A stretch of 62,933 nucleotides of DNA, filler included. It is 4 parts of 4 records of this genome, joined end to end, with 100 filler letters (N's around TTAATTAATTAA, not from the genome) between each part and the next. Parts side by side here need not be neighbours in the genome. Positions count along the whole stretch, not along the records: positions 27,840 to 33,053 come from SRR31147125_10649; positions 33,154 to 47,429 come from SRR31147125_10696; 2 more parts are not named here. One strand, written 5' to 3'. A program made the translations under genes and the position numbers. Below, piece by piece: positions 32,173-43,304 of the stretch (positions are counted from its first letter, which is position 1; every line of letters begins with the position of its first letter). The notes beneath the pieces are model-generated. The model saw only the letters and a program-made list of their open reading frames with translations, had not been told where the DNA came from and searched no databases.

Positions 32173-32686
32173 TATATTGTCTCCTTTTATATAATTTACT
32201 ATTTAATTATAGTATTTGGTATTGTATATTCATATAATAGTATAAATAGAAACACTTGTCAATATTTGCTATTATAAGTTTGGTTTAACATTATTGTATA
32301 TATTAATTAACCTTTTTATATAAACCAACTGCAAAATCGCAATACTTCTATTCATATTATTAGTTTTATATACATAAAATGTGAACTTATGTTGTATTTT
32401 GCAATGTATTTTTGTATAATATATGGTGATATATAGTTATTATACTATTATTTATAACACAATATTTATTGAACTGTATATTTATACATTAGCTACCTCT
32501 CTACTTTGTTGGCTACTAGGATAAAGAAAAGTTTGAGTTTCAAAAAAATTATTTATAAGAAATTAAATAATAAATTATTATCGCATAATCATTAACTTGA
32601 CATCAATGTTATAATATGTAATTATAATTTACATATATTATTATTATTATGTATTTATGTTAAAGCATGTAGAAAAGAGGATAAAT

Positions 32687-33040
32687 ATGGATAGAATAGA
32701 TTTTTTACCTTTAGGAAGCGTTATTGTCGTAAAAGGAAATGTACGAAAGGTGTTGATAATTGCAAGAGGACTAGGCGCAAAAATAGGCGGTGAACATCAC
32801 CTGTTTGATTATGGCGGATGCGTCTATCCGGAAGGATTAGTCGGCGATCAAATCATGTATTTTAACCACAAAGATATCGCTAAAGTTGTCCATAAAGGCT
32901 ATTCAGACGAAGACGATGAAATGATGGTTCAAAATATCAATGACTGGATAGAAACAACCAATATGAAAAAAGGTGACCCTTATAAAATTAATGAGCAAAA
33001 CAACAGAGTCAACAACAGAGTCAATAATGGGGACTGTTGA
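32687..33040 (+). CDS. DUF4176 domain protein (T7SS-associated)
   Basis: LPLGSV, FDYGGCVYPEG and YFNHKDI...GYSDEDD. Confidence 0.9.
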   Translation: MDRIDFLPLGSVIVVKGNVRKVLIIARGLGAKIGGEHHLFDYGGCVYPEGLVGDQIMYFNHKDIAKVVHKGYSDEDDEMMVQNINDWIETTNMKKGDPYKINEQNNRVNNRVNNGDC

Positions 33041-33053
33041 AAAATAGAAATTT

Positions 33054-33153
33054 NNNNNNNNNNNNNNNNNNNNNNNNNNNNNNNNNNNNNNNNNNNNTTA
33101 ATTAATTAANNNNNNNNNNNNNNNNNNNNNNNNNNNNNNNNNNNNNNNNNNNN
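33054..33153. other. Artificial contig spacer
   Basis: N44-TTAATTAATTAA-N44. Confidence 0.98.
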
Positions 33154-33576
33154 GACGACAGCAGCCACTCCGTTTTCATCGGCCGCGATTTTTCGCATAC
33201 GAAAAGCTACTCGGAAAAGACGGCCGCGCTCATTGACGACGAGGTTAAGGAAATCTTTGACAATGCGATGAAAAAGTGCGAAGAGATCCTGACCGAACAC
33301 AAAAACATCCTTCAGGCAACTGCTGAATACCTGCTTGAGTACGAGACGATGGACGGCGACGATTTTGCCTGGCTGTGCGAGCACGACGGCAAAAAGCCGC
33401 CGAGGAAGAAGCTGCCGGAATCGGCAATAACGATTGAGCCGGAAAAGCCGGAGCATCACACCCCGCCGGAAGGCCTGCCAAACGTTGACGACATTAAAAT
33501 GCCGGACTTCGGAGCCAAAGCTAAAACGGACGACGGCGAAAAGCCGGACGATCAGAACAAAGAACCCGGACAATAA
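33154..33576 (+). CDS. ftsH: FtsH C-terminal fragment (5' truncated)
   Basis: VFIGRDFSHTKSYSEKTAALIDDEV...LLEYETMDG. Confidence 0.85.
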   Translation, partial: DDSSHSVFIGRDFSHTKSYSEKTAALIDDEVKEIFDNAMKKCEEILTEHKNILQATAEYLLEYETMDGDDFAWLCEHDGKKPPRKKLPESAITIEPEKPEHHTPPEGLPNVDDIKMPDFGAKAKTDDGEKPDDQNKEPGQ

Positions 33577-33589
33577 TCATACAATCATC

Positions 33590-33622
33590 AAAGCGGCAGC
33601 CCGTTGGGGCTGCCGCTTTTTT
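33590..33622. terminator. Terminator between convergent genes
   Basis: AAAGCGGCAGCCC-gttg-GGGCTGCCGCTTTTTT. Confidence 0.85.
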
Positions 33623-33632
33623 ACATCATACA

Positions 33633-34733
33633 TCATTCAGCTGGTACTTGCTCCCCATCCGGTTCTGTCGTTACAAGGGGAAAAGTAACCTGCCAGTTCC
33701 CTTCCGTATAAAGGCCGCTGGTATAGAAGTCACCGTACAAGCTGTAAGAGCTAATGTTTCCCGCCGTTATGTCAAATACAAAGTCGCAGTAATCCACACG
33801 GGTATTCTCGTCACCCTCTTCGCCATACTCGATAAAATGAAGGCTGAAATCACTCTGCCGTTTATTCCCGTCCAAGTCCTGCAGATAAAGCGAGCAATGG
33901 TTGTCGCCCTTGAGCCCGTCATAAACCGCCGTTTGGATATGAAGCAAGCCGTCGATGAAGCCGATACCTGTTATATCAATCCCTTCGACGGGCATCATAA
34001 GCGCTTCGCCCGGCTCAAGCACCCGAATCGTACGGCGCGACGTACCGTCGTCCGGATTATACTTTTCAAAATTGAGCCCGCCATAGCCGGTACAATATGT
34101 TTCAATTACCGTCGGCTCTCCCAGCCCTGTCAGAGGCAGGTTAAGCCGTTGGTTCTTTTGTACATGCTTATTGCTGATGAAGCGGCGTACTGAAAAGGTC
34201 ATTTTATCGCCGCTGACATCGTGCCCGCCCCACTCGGTGATGTTAATAAGAAACGTAGCCGTATTCGTCTCAGGGTCAAAGCCGGCCAGGCTGCAAGTTG
34301 CGCTGCTGCTGAACGGCCGGTTGATGGTATAGCTGTCATATAGATCGGTCGTGGCGTCTACTCGGTCACCTTCCAGATCCTGCAGGGCAACAAGCACCTC
34401 TGCCGTATCCGCATGGATATAAGTCCCCAGCACCTCCATTCTGATTCCATTATCTTCACATGCCTTTTGAACCGGCATAAAAAACTGCGCCGTCGCGGGT
34501 GACACTTTATAGAGCAGCGTATAGAACGCCGGGACGTTCGCCGCCAGTACGGGTGTAATAGACACCACGCATACAAGCATCGCCGCAATAATAATAGCCA
34601 GTCTCCGCATTGCCGGGCGCGTATTGTGTGTTTTTGGTTTTCTACCGGCCTTTATCTGACGGAGCGTATCGTTTATCAGTGCCGCGTCAGGTTTTACGTC
34701 GGTATACAAGCTTCGGTAATATTTCTGAGTCAT
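33633..34733 (-). CDS. DUF4179-like putative anti-sigma factor
   Basis: Short N-terminal region, one TM helix and a large extracytoplasmic domain. ATGA overlap with the ECF sigma gene. Confidence 0.7.
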   Translation of the reverse strand: MTQKYYRSLYTDVKPDAALINDTLRQIKAGRKPKTHNTRPAMRRLAIIIAAMLVCVVSITPVLAANVPAFYTLLYKVSPATAQFFMPVQKACEDNGIRMEVLGTYIHADTAEVLVALQDLEGDRVDATTDLYDSYTINRPFSSSATCSLAGFDPETNTATFLINITEWGGHDVSGDKMTFSVRRFISNKHVQKNQRLNLPLTGLGEPTVIETYCTGYGGLNFEKYNPDDGTSRRTIRVLEPGEALMMPVEGIDITGIGFIDGLLHIQTAVYDGLKGDNHCSLYLQDLDGNKRQSDFSLHFIEYGEEGDENTRVDYCDFVFDITAGNISSYSLYGDFYTSGLYTEGNWQVTFPLVTTEPDGEQVPAE

Positions 34734-35218
34734 ATTTGTTCTCCTTCCAGCATCTCACCAAGCATGCGTCTGGCCCGCACGAGCTGTGTTCTGACAGTGG
34801 ACGGCCTCGTTTTGAGCATCCGGCCGATTTCATCAGACGAATAACCCTCATAATAGTACAGATGAATCACTGCCCTGTATTTTTCCGGCAGCTTCTCCAC
34901 CAGTTCTGCAAGTCCATGTTTCTCGGGTTGCAAAATCGTCAGTTCATTATCCACCAGCGGCACCGTCTTTTTTCGCCAGGCGGAGGACTGATGCTTTTTG
35001 GCGCAATTAACCGTCACACGGATCAGCCAGGCCTTTCTGTGTTCTTCTGTTTCAAACGGCGGATTTTTTCGGACATATCGCAAAAAGACTTCCTGAAAGA
35101 CATCATCGGCGTCCGCTTTGTTTCGAACCTGTGCAAACGCGAGCTTATAAACCATATCCGCGTAAGTCCGAACAACCGTCTCGCCGTCCGTCACCGTGCA
35201 CTGTGACTTTTTAACCAT
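34730..35218 (-). CDS. ECF sigma factor
   Basis: DADDVFQEVF, KAWLIRVTVN and LPEKYRAVIHLYYYEGYS. Confidence 0.92.
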   Translation of the reverse strand: MVKKSQCTVTDGETVVRTYADMVYKLAFAQVRNKADADDVFQEVFLRYVRKNPPFETEEHRKAWLIRVTVNCAKKHQSSAWRKKTVPLVDNELTILQPEKHGLAELVEKLPEKYRAVIHLYYYEGYSSDEIGRMLKTRPSTVRTQLVRARRMLGEMLEGEQI

Positions 35219-35328
35219 TCACCAAACCTCCGTTCACCAGTAATACCCCCGGCCGGCACAAAATGCTACAAGCAGCGTAAAAAAAAGCCGGAACCGCAAA
35301 AAGCAGTTCCGGCTTTTCAGTCTATTCC

Positions 35329-36123
35329 TTATTCGCCCTTAAACGTGGGCGTCCGCTTTTCACGGAAGGCGGAGACGGCTTCCTTAAAATCGTGCGTACG
35401 CATAAGGTCCACGGACAAACGCCGCTCAATCTGAAGTGCGGCGGCCTCGTTAACCGAGAGATTGGCGTGACCCATGAGCTCCTTGAGCGCCTTCACGGCA
35501 ATGGGCGGCTTGCTGAGAATTTTGTCCACGATGGCTTTAAGGTCGGCGTCAAACGTTTCCTTCGGGAAAATATCGTTGACAAGTCCAAGGCTTTTTGCTT
35601 CCTCAGCCAGCAGCTTCTGGCTGAACAAAATCATCTCAAACGCGCGGTTAAACGGTATTTTTTGAGGCAGATGGATCGCGCCGCCACAGCCGGGCACGAG
35701 CCCGATGTTCATCTCCGGCAGCATAAATTTCGAGCCTTCGGCAGCATAGATCAAATCGCAGCACAGGGCAATCTCCAGCCCGCCTCCAACACAGTTGCCT
35801 TTAACAGCGGCAATGATGGGTTTACCGAGCGCATAGATGGCCTCGCGCACCTCAAAGCCGCGTGAGTAAATCAGCGCGGCGTCCTCGTCACCGGTCAATG
35901 TATCGAGCATCTCCATGGCAAGGCCTGCCGAAAAAGCGCGCTCCCCTGCCCCAGTCAGTATGACGACACGCACGCTGTCATCGTGCTGTGCGTCGCGAAG
36001 CGCATTGACGAGCTGACGCCATATTTCGGTTGTAAACTGATTCATCGGCGGGTTGTCAAATTCAATTGTAAGCGCGCCGGGCTGCTCAGGATTTCTTTTT
36101 ATGTTTAGTGCGGGCTGTGACAT
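35329..36123 (-). CDS. Enoyl-CoA hydratase/isomerase
   Basis: AFSAG, GGGLEIALCCD and PEMNIGLVPG with both catalytic Glu. Likely ATG at 36123. Confidence 0.9.
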   Translation of the reverse strand: MSQPALNIKRNPEQPGALTIEFDNPPMNQFTTEIWRQLVNALRDAQHDDSVRVVILTGAGERAFSAGLAMEMLDTLTGDEDAALIYSRGFEVREAIYALGKPIIAAVKGNCVGGGLEIALCCDLIYAAEGSKFMLPEMNIGLVPGCGGAIHLPQKIPFNRAFEMILFSQKLLAEEAKSLGLVNDIFPKETFDADLKAIVDKILSKPPIAVKALKELMGHANLSVNEAAALQIERRLSVDLMRTHDFKEAVSAFREKRTPTFKGE

Positions 36124-36172
36124 GACTGCAACTTCCTTTGTATCAAATTTTGGCATATCGCGTACCGGTATG

Positions 36173-36201
36173 ATTATATAAATTCGGCGCCGTTTTGTCA
36201 A
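36173..36201 (-). promoter_or_regulatory. Consensus sigma70 promoter of the hydratase gene
   Basis: TTGACA-17 nt-TATAAT on the minus strand. Confidence 0.85.
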
Positions 36202-36407
36202 AGCATAAGAACATAAATGCTGTGGTTTTTATGTTCTTGGGCTAAGCCATCACCCATGGCGCTTTTCGGGTCCGACGAGAGCAAGGGCCCTATTTATTCC
36301 TTATCTTTTGCGGCCTGATGAGGGCTAGAGCCCTACTGAAAATCCCCTGTCGAAACACCTTATACAGCTTGACGACTCTTGCCGCCTTACTTGCCGCTTC
36401 AGGACAT

Positions 36408-36449
36408 AAAAAGGCCCGGCCGCCGGATTATCCGGCAGCCGGGTTTCCC
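36408..36449 (-). terminator. Terminator after amt-PII
   Basis: CCCGGCTGCCGGA-taa-TCCGGCGGCCGGGCC-TTTTT on the minus strand. Confidence 0.8.
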
Positions 36450-36480
36450 TAATTACTCCGTTATAGGTTAAGCCGTTAGC

Positions 36481-38178
36481 TTATTCGTCCTGCAGCGCAG
36501 CGTAACCCTCTTCGCCCGTACGGACACGGACGACGTTCTCAACATCGTAGACGAAGATCTTGCCATCGCCGATATTGCCGGTATACAGTGCTTTCTTGGC
36601 CGTCTCGATGACCGTGCGCACCGGAACCTTGGACACAACGATCTCCGTTGCGACCTTCGGCAGAAGATTGACTTCCATCTCGACGCCGCGGTAGTACTCT
36701 GTATGGCCTTTCTGGATTCCGCAGCCCATAACGTTTGTCACCGTCATGCCGGTAATGCCGATTTCGTACATAGCATTTTTGAGATTATCGAACTTGGCCT
36801 GATTGGTGATAATCTCGAGCTTCGTGAGCTTTGTATCCGAAGCACCGGAAGAACCGCTCTTGAGCTCGACGGGAACAGCTTCGTCCATCGGGACTTTCTT
36901 TTCGGAGGCAATGCCTTCAGCGCCTTCCGAAGCGAGGCTTGCGGGCATGGCGGGCATGAAGTCAGCATAGCTGGAGACAAGGCCGTGCTCTTCGATGTCA
37001 AGGCCGGCAACTTCTTCAGCCGCCGAAACACGCAGGCCAACGGTCTTCTTAATGAGGAAGAATGTGAGACCCATCGCCGCGGCTACCCAAACCGCCACAG
37101 CCAGAACGCCGACTACCTGTACGCCCAGAAGAGCGCCGCCGCCGCCGTAGAACAGACCGCCGTCCGTCGCGAACAGACCGACCATGATGGTACCGCCTGC
37201 GCCGCACAATCCATGGACGCCAACCGCGCCGACAGGATCGTCAACCTTGAGGATTTTATCGACAAATTCAATGCCGAAGACAATGATGAATGCGGAGACG
37301 AAACCAATGAGAACCGCGCCGCCGGGGGACACTGCGTCACAACCGGCCGTTATGGCAACCAGACCGCCAAGCGCGCCGTTAAGGGTCATGGAAACGTCAG
37401 GCTTCTTATATTTGATCCAAGTGATTATCATCGTCAGAGCAGCTGCCGCCGCAGCAGCCAGGTTGGTTGTAACAAAGATGTGACCAACGGCTACTTCCTG
37501 CCCCTCAACACCGAGTGTCGAGCCGGGGTTAAATCCGAACCAGCCGAACCAGAGGATGAAAACGCCCAGGGCGCCCAACGTCAGGCTGTGGCCGGGTATA
37601 GCACGGGGCTTGCCGTTTTTGCCGTACTTGCCGATACGGGGACCGAGGAACGCCGCGCCGACGAGACCAGCTACGCCGCCGACCATATGGACGACCGTGG
37701 AACCGGCAAAGTCATGGAACCCGGGTCCGAGATTGGCCAGCCAGCCGCCGCCCCAGACCCAGTGGCCGGAGATCGGATATACGATAAGGCTGATGACAAT
37801 ACTATAAATGACATAAGAAATAAATTTTGTCCGCTCGGCCATCGCACCGGATACGATAGTCGCTGCCGTAGCTGCGAACACGGTCTGGAAAATGAGGAAC
37901 ACGTGCGACGGAATTGCCGAGCTGTAATCGCCCATCGAGAAGAAGTCGATGACGCCGAATACGCCGGTACCCGTGCCAAACATGATGCCGAATCCAACGA
38001 ACCAGTAAGCGATCGAGCCGATCGAAAAGTCCATCAGGTTCTTCATGATAATGTTGCCCGCGTTTTTCGCTCTTGTGAACCCTGTTTCCACCATCGCGAA
38101 GCCTGCCTGCATAAAGAATACAAGTGCAGCCGCTACCAGGGTCCATACTGTGTCTACCGAAGAAAAGATACCTTCCAT
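36481..38178 (-). CDS. amtB: Ammonium transporter fused to a C-terminal PII domain
   Basis: FHDFAGSTVVH, LWFGWFGFN and DDPVGAVGVHG; C-terminal GCGIQKG...LLPK...TGNIGDGKIFV...VRVRTGE. Confidence 0.95.
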   Translation of the reverse strand: MEGIFSSVDTVWTLVAAALVFFMQAGFAMVETGFTRAKNAGNIIMKNLMDFSIGSIAYWFVGFGIMFGTGTGVFGVIDFFSMGDYSSAIPSHVFLIFQTVFAATAATIVSGAMAERTKFISYVIYSIVISLIVYPISGHWVWGGGWLANLGPGFHDFAGSTVVHMVGGVAGLVGAAFLGPRIGKYGKNGKPRAIPGHSLTLGALGVFILWFGWFGFNPGSTLGVEGQEVAVGHIFVTTNLAAAAAAALTMIITWIKYKKPDVSMTLNGALGGLVAITAGCDAVSPGGAVLIGFVSAFIIVFGIEFVDKILKVDDPVGAVGVHGLCGAGGTIMVGLFATDGGLFYGGGGALLGVQVVGVLAVAVWVAAAMGLTFFLIKKTVGLRVSAAEEVAGLDIEEHGLVSSYADFMPAMPASLASEGAEGIASEKKVPMDEAVPVELKSGSSGASDTKLTKLEIITNQAKFDNLKNAMYEIGITGMTVTNVMGCGIQKGHTEYYRGVEMEVNLLPKVATEIVVSKVPVRTVIETAKKALYTGNIGDGKIFVYDVENVVRVRTGEEGYAALQDE

Positions 38179-38240
38179 GTGTTTTTCCTCCCTTTTTTTG
38201 TATACGGCCCCGGACGCCATAATACAAATCTATAAAATAC

Positions 38241-38336
38241 AAAAAAACAAGGGCGCTGACATAAATGGACGTGACCATTTTCGTAAGCACCCTTGCATTT
38301 TGGCTTTATATTACAACGTTACGCGGCCGTTGTCAA
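38241..38336 (-). promoter_or_regulatory. amt promoter plus leader terminator containing an ANTAR-like hairpin
   Basis: TTGACA-17-TAATAT, then GC-AAGGGT-GC inside CAAGGGTGCT...AGCGCCCTTG-T7. Confidence 0.7.
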
Positions 38337-38502
38337 TACAGTTTTGAATATTTTTTAAACAAAATTGCAAATTTGGTGCAAGTGACTATTATTTTGGTGC
38401 GCTAATCAAGGCTTTTTTTAATATTGTCACCATAAAATGCATGAACTTGGCTTCGATGTTGCAATTTCTCAAAAAAACCAACAAAATAAAGTGATTTCGC
38501 AA

Positions 38503-38586
38503 TTGACAAAACAAAGCCGCAGTTCTATAATATTGTATAAGCATAGGCAAAGGCGTCATGTGTATGGCATTGCCTTGCCTTTTTTT
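38503..38586 (+). promoter_or_regulatory. glnA promoter plus leader terminator containing an ANTAR-like hairpin
   Basis: TTGACA-17-TATAAT, then GGC-AAAGGC-GTC inside AGGCAAAGGC...GCCTTGCC-T7. Confidence 0.7.
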
Positions 38587-38626
38587 ATATCCATTTTACA
38601 CATTAATTGTTTGGGGAGAAATAAAT

Positions 38627-40720
<2,094 letters not shown>

Positions 40721-40738
40721 ACATAACGAACCTCAAAC

Positions 40739-40781
40739 AAAAAACCCGACAGCGGATTTCTCCGCTGCCGGGTTTTCTTTT
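40739..40781. terminator. Bidirectional terminator
   Basis: AAAACCCGACAGCGGA-tttc-TCCGCTGCCGGGTTTT. Confidence 0.8.
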
Positions 40782-40785
40782 ATAG

Positions 40786-41334
40786 TTATTCTAAGTCCAG
40801 ATAATAGATGCGGTTATTGAATTTACGTTTTCCGTCAAAGCTCTCGGCCGTTCCGTCTCCGACATATTTAAACCCGGCATGCCGCATGACGGCACCGGAA
40901 GCAGGATTTTCAACGGCGTGCTTTGCGGCAAAATGCTTAATCCCCGCCTCGTTCGAGAGATACTGAATCATACATTTGAGCGCTGCCGTTGTATATCCCT
41001 GGCTCCAGTACGCTTTACCGATACAGTAGCCGACTTCTGCACGGCCCGGCTCGTCATCCTCATGTACAACGCCGATGGACCCAATCAGTCGTCGCGTATC
41101 CTTTATTTCAATACCCCAGACGTATGACTCGCTTTCATCATTACTTTTATCCTTATCTACAAGCCACTTTTTCGTCTCCTCAACGCTTTCATGTGTGCTC
41201 CATCGTAAATACTTTGTGACCTCGGGGTCACTTGTCCAGGTGTCGAACATGGTTTGCGCGTCATCCGGTGTTAAAGGCCGGAGCACGAGCCGATCCGTTT
41301 CAAGCCGGAGCGTGGCATTTTGGTTGTTTTTCAT
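40786..41334 (-). CDS. RimJ/RimL-type GNAT acetyltransferase
   Basis: LETDRLVLRP, EVGYCIG..YWSQGY and NPASGAVM. Confidence 0.88.
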   Translation of the reverse strand: MKNNQNATLRLETDRLVLRPLTPDDAQTMFDTWTSDPEVTKYLRWSTHESVEETKKWLVDKDKSNDESESYVWGIEIKDTRRLIGSIGVVHEDDEPGRAEVGYCIGKAYWSQGYTTAALKCMIQYLSNEAGIKHFAAKHAVENPASGAVMRHAGFKYVGDGTAESFDGKRKFNNRIYYLDLE

Positions 41335-42242
41335 GTTGTCACCGCATCTTTAAACAGCACCTCAAGGCTTTTTGGCAGCGACGGCAGCCGCCATTCCATT
41401 GCCAAAAGGTCTATCTTAAGTAACAGGCTCTCGGGCATATCACATAGAGCGGCGCCCGTCATCAGCAGCGCCGTCTCATCTTCGGTGAAGCTGACCGTGC
41501 CGACGTACTCGAATTTATCCTCATTTTTCGGACAGGCGTCCTGGCAAAAACGGCAGCCGACGACAGAACGTATATCTTCTTCAGCAATCCAATCCGGAAA
41601 CATTTTGTCGGATTCAATAAAAAGTGTGAGACACCTGACATTATCAATTAAATAGGTATCATCTTTAACAGCCCCTGTCGTACACGCATTCATGCAGCTT
41701 ACGCAGCTTTCACAGCTGTCCATACGCTTGACGCTGCGCCATATAAAATCGCTGTCATCAGCGGGCAGATCGGTAAAGAATGTCAGCAGCTCAAACCAGC
41801 TTCCCCACGCGTCGGTATAAGTGATATTATTTCGTCCGTATTCGCACAATCCCGCGCAGACCGCCAGCCGCTTTTGCGGCATCCAGTACTGAAACTCAGC
41901 CTGATAACCGTTCTCTTCAAACAGACTTTTTATACGCTCTCTGAGCGGCCTGCTGCTCAGGCAGTGAAAATCACGCACAACCTTTCCATTATGATGAAAC
42001 AGCATATTAACAAGCTTGTACCTCACTGCGGCGATTAAAATAGATCTGGCTTGAAACGGCAGCTCAGGCACATCCAGAATATATCCTTCGTGTACAATCC
42101 ATTTTTGATAATCATTCAAGCTTTCCGTTTCCCGGAAACGGATAATGTCGTTTTTAAGCTCACCCAGGCATTTAATCGGAATCATAACCGAGCGCATTTC
42201 ATTATCCAAAGCGTCAATATCAACTGGTGACAAATGCGGCAT
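41331..42242 (-). CDS. QueG-like 4Fe-4S double-cluster protein
   Basis: KRLAVCAGLCEYGRNN, CESCVSCMNACTTGA and GCRFCQDACP. ATG at 42242 follows AGGAGG. Confidence 0.7.
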   Translation of the reverse strand: MPHLSPVDIDALDNEMRSVMIPIKCLGELKNDIIRFRETESLNDYQKWIVHEGYILDVPELPFQARSILIAAVRYKLVNMLFHHNGKVVRDFHCLSSRPLRERIKSLFEENGYQAEFQYWMPQKRLAVCAGLCEYGRNNITYTDAWGSWFELLTFFTDLPADDSDFIWRSVKRMDSCESCVSCMNACTTGAVKDDTYLIDNVRCLTLFIESDKMFPDWIAEEDIRSVVGCRFCQDACPKNEDKFEYVGTVSFTEDETALLMTGAALCDMPESLLLKIDLLAMEWRLPSLPKSLEVLFKDAVTT

Positions 42243-42268
42243 AAGCTTCCTCCTGTTTGACATCTCAA

Positions 42269-43084
42269 CTACAGCGTGTCAATAAAATGCTCCATCGTCT
42301 TCTTTGCATTTTCCCAGTTGTTGAGCGGATCATGCAGGATGAGTTTATCAGCCGGAAGACTACTTATAATATCGAGTTCAACAGCCTGTTGCTGCTTTAG
42401 GCAGGTAACATATCCTTCCTTACCGCTCAAACCGTTCTTTTTTGCGAAGGTCTGATTCATATAGTAATCGACCGTCTCATCAAGCCAGCTGGCGGTGCGC
42501 TCCCGGCCGACATTTTCAACGCACGTTTTCATATCAGAGCAGCTGAGATAGATAATAACGGGATTCAACTCCAATATCAGCCTATAAACGTCACAGATAT
42601 ACTCCCCAATCACATCGCGGCCCAAATCAAAACGTAGCATGGCTTCACTAACCGGGTTTTGAAGGAATGTGCCCTCAAAAATAAAGATCTGTGCAAGTGT
42701 CTGCGCCTTTTGCGAAAAAGTCATCCACCGGTTTAATAAAACAGGCCTTTCAACCTCCCAATCAAGCCTGTCGTATATCTTGTACGGAAGGATTTTTTCA
42801 AACAGACTTACGCTGATTTTTGTCAGTGGAATGACGAGGCCGGAAAGCGCCTCCGTTCCCTCTGCATAGAGCTGAACCTGTTCCTTTTGCGGCAGCTTTT
42901 TAATCTGGTCGCCGCGCATATAGGCGTGGAACGTGTAATTGGCCGGGTGTTCATAATCGTTTTCCTCAAACCATTCAGCGCGTTCGCCGCGCCGGTTCAA
43001 ACAGTCCATTATGTACTCTGCCGCAGCGCTTTTGCCAGCGCCAGTCACGCCTTCTACCATGAATAATTTATGTGTTATGGCCAT
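42269..43084 (-). CDS. P-loop NMP-kinase-like protein
   Basis: N-terminal VEGVTGAGKS. Confidence 0.6.
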   Translation of the reverse strand: MAITHKLFMVEGVTGAGKSAAAEYIMDCLNRRGERAEWFEENDYEHPANYTFHAYMRGDQIKKLPQKEQVQLYAEGTEALSGLVIPLTKISVSLFEKILPYKIYDRLDWEVERPVLLNRWMTFSQKAQTLAQIFIFEGTFLQNPVSEAMLRFDLGRDVIGEYICDVYRLILELNPVIIYLSCSDMKTCVENVGRERTASWLDETVDYYMNQTFAKKNGLSGKEGYVTCLKQQQAVELDIISSLPADKLILHDPLNNWENAKKTMEHFIDTL

Positions 43085-43304
43085 AACCCCCTGAGTACTT
43101 TAAGAAACCTTAAATAGTTGAATTACTATTTTTACCTTCGTTTACATTCAAATACAGCGGGTTAATAATACCATAATATGACATTGTTTGCAAATATAAT
43201 TACAATATTTTATATTTTTTTGTAAATTACGAGCAGCGGGTATACTAATCGACGACAGATAATAGACCCGGCGCGACTGCGCCTTGGCGGTGTTTGAGGA
43301 TTTC

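Noticed and set aside
36340-36368. tmRNA 5' end-like GTTTCGACAGGGG on the minus strand
   Set aside because: No GGGG acceptor start, no tag ORF and no T-arm/CCA end within the available space.
36310-36400. Hammerhead ribozyme (CTGATGAG...CGAAAC)
   Set aside because: Stem II does not abut GAAA, and no GUH that could close stem III precedes the GCCGC stem I partner.
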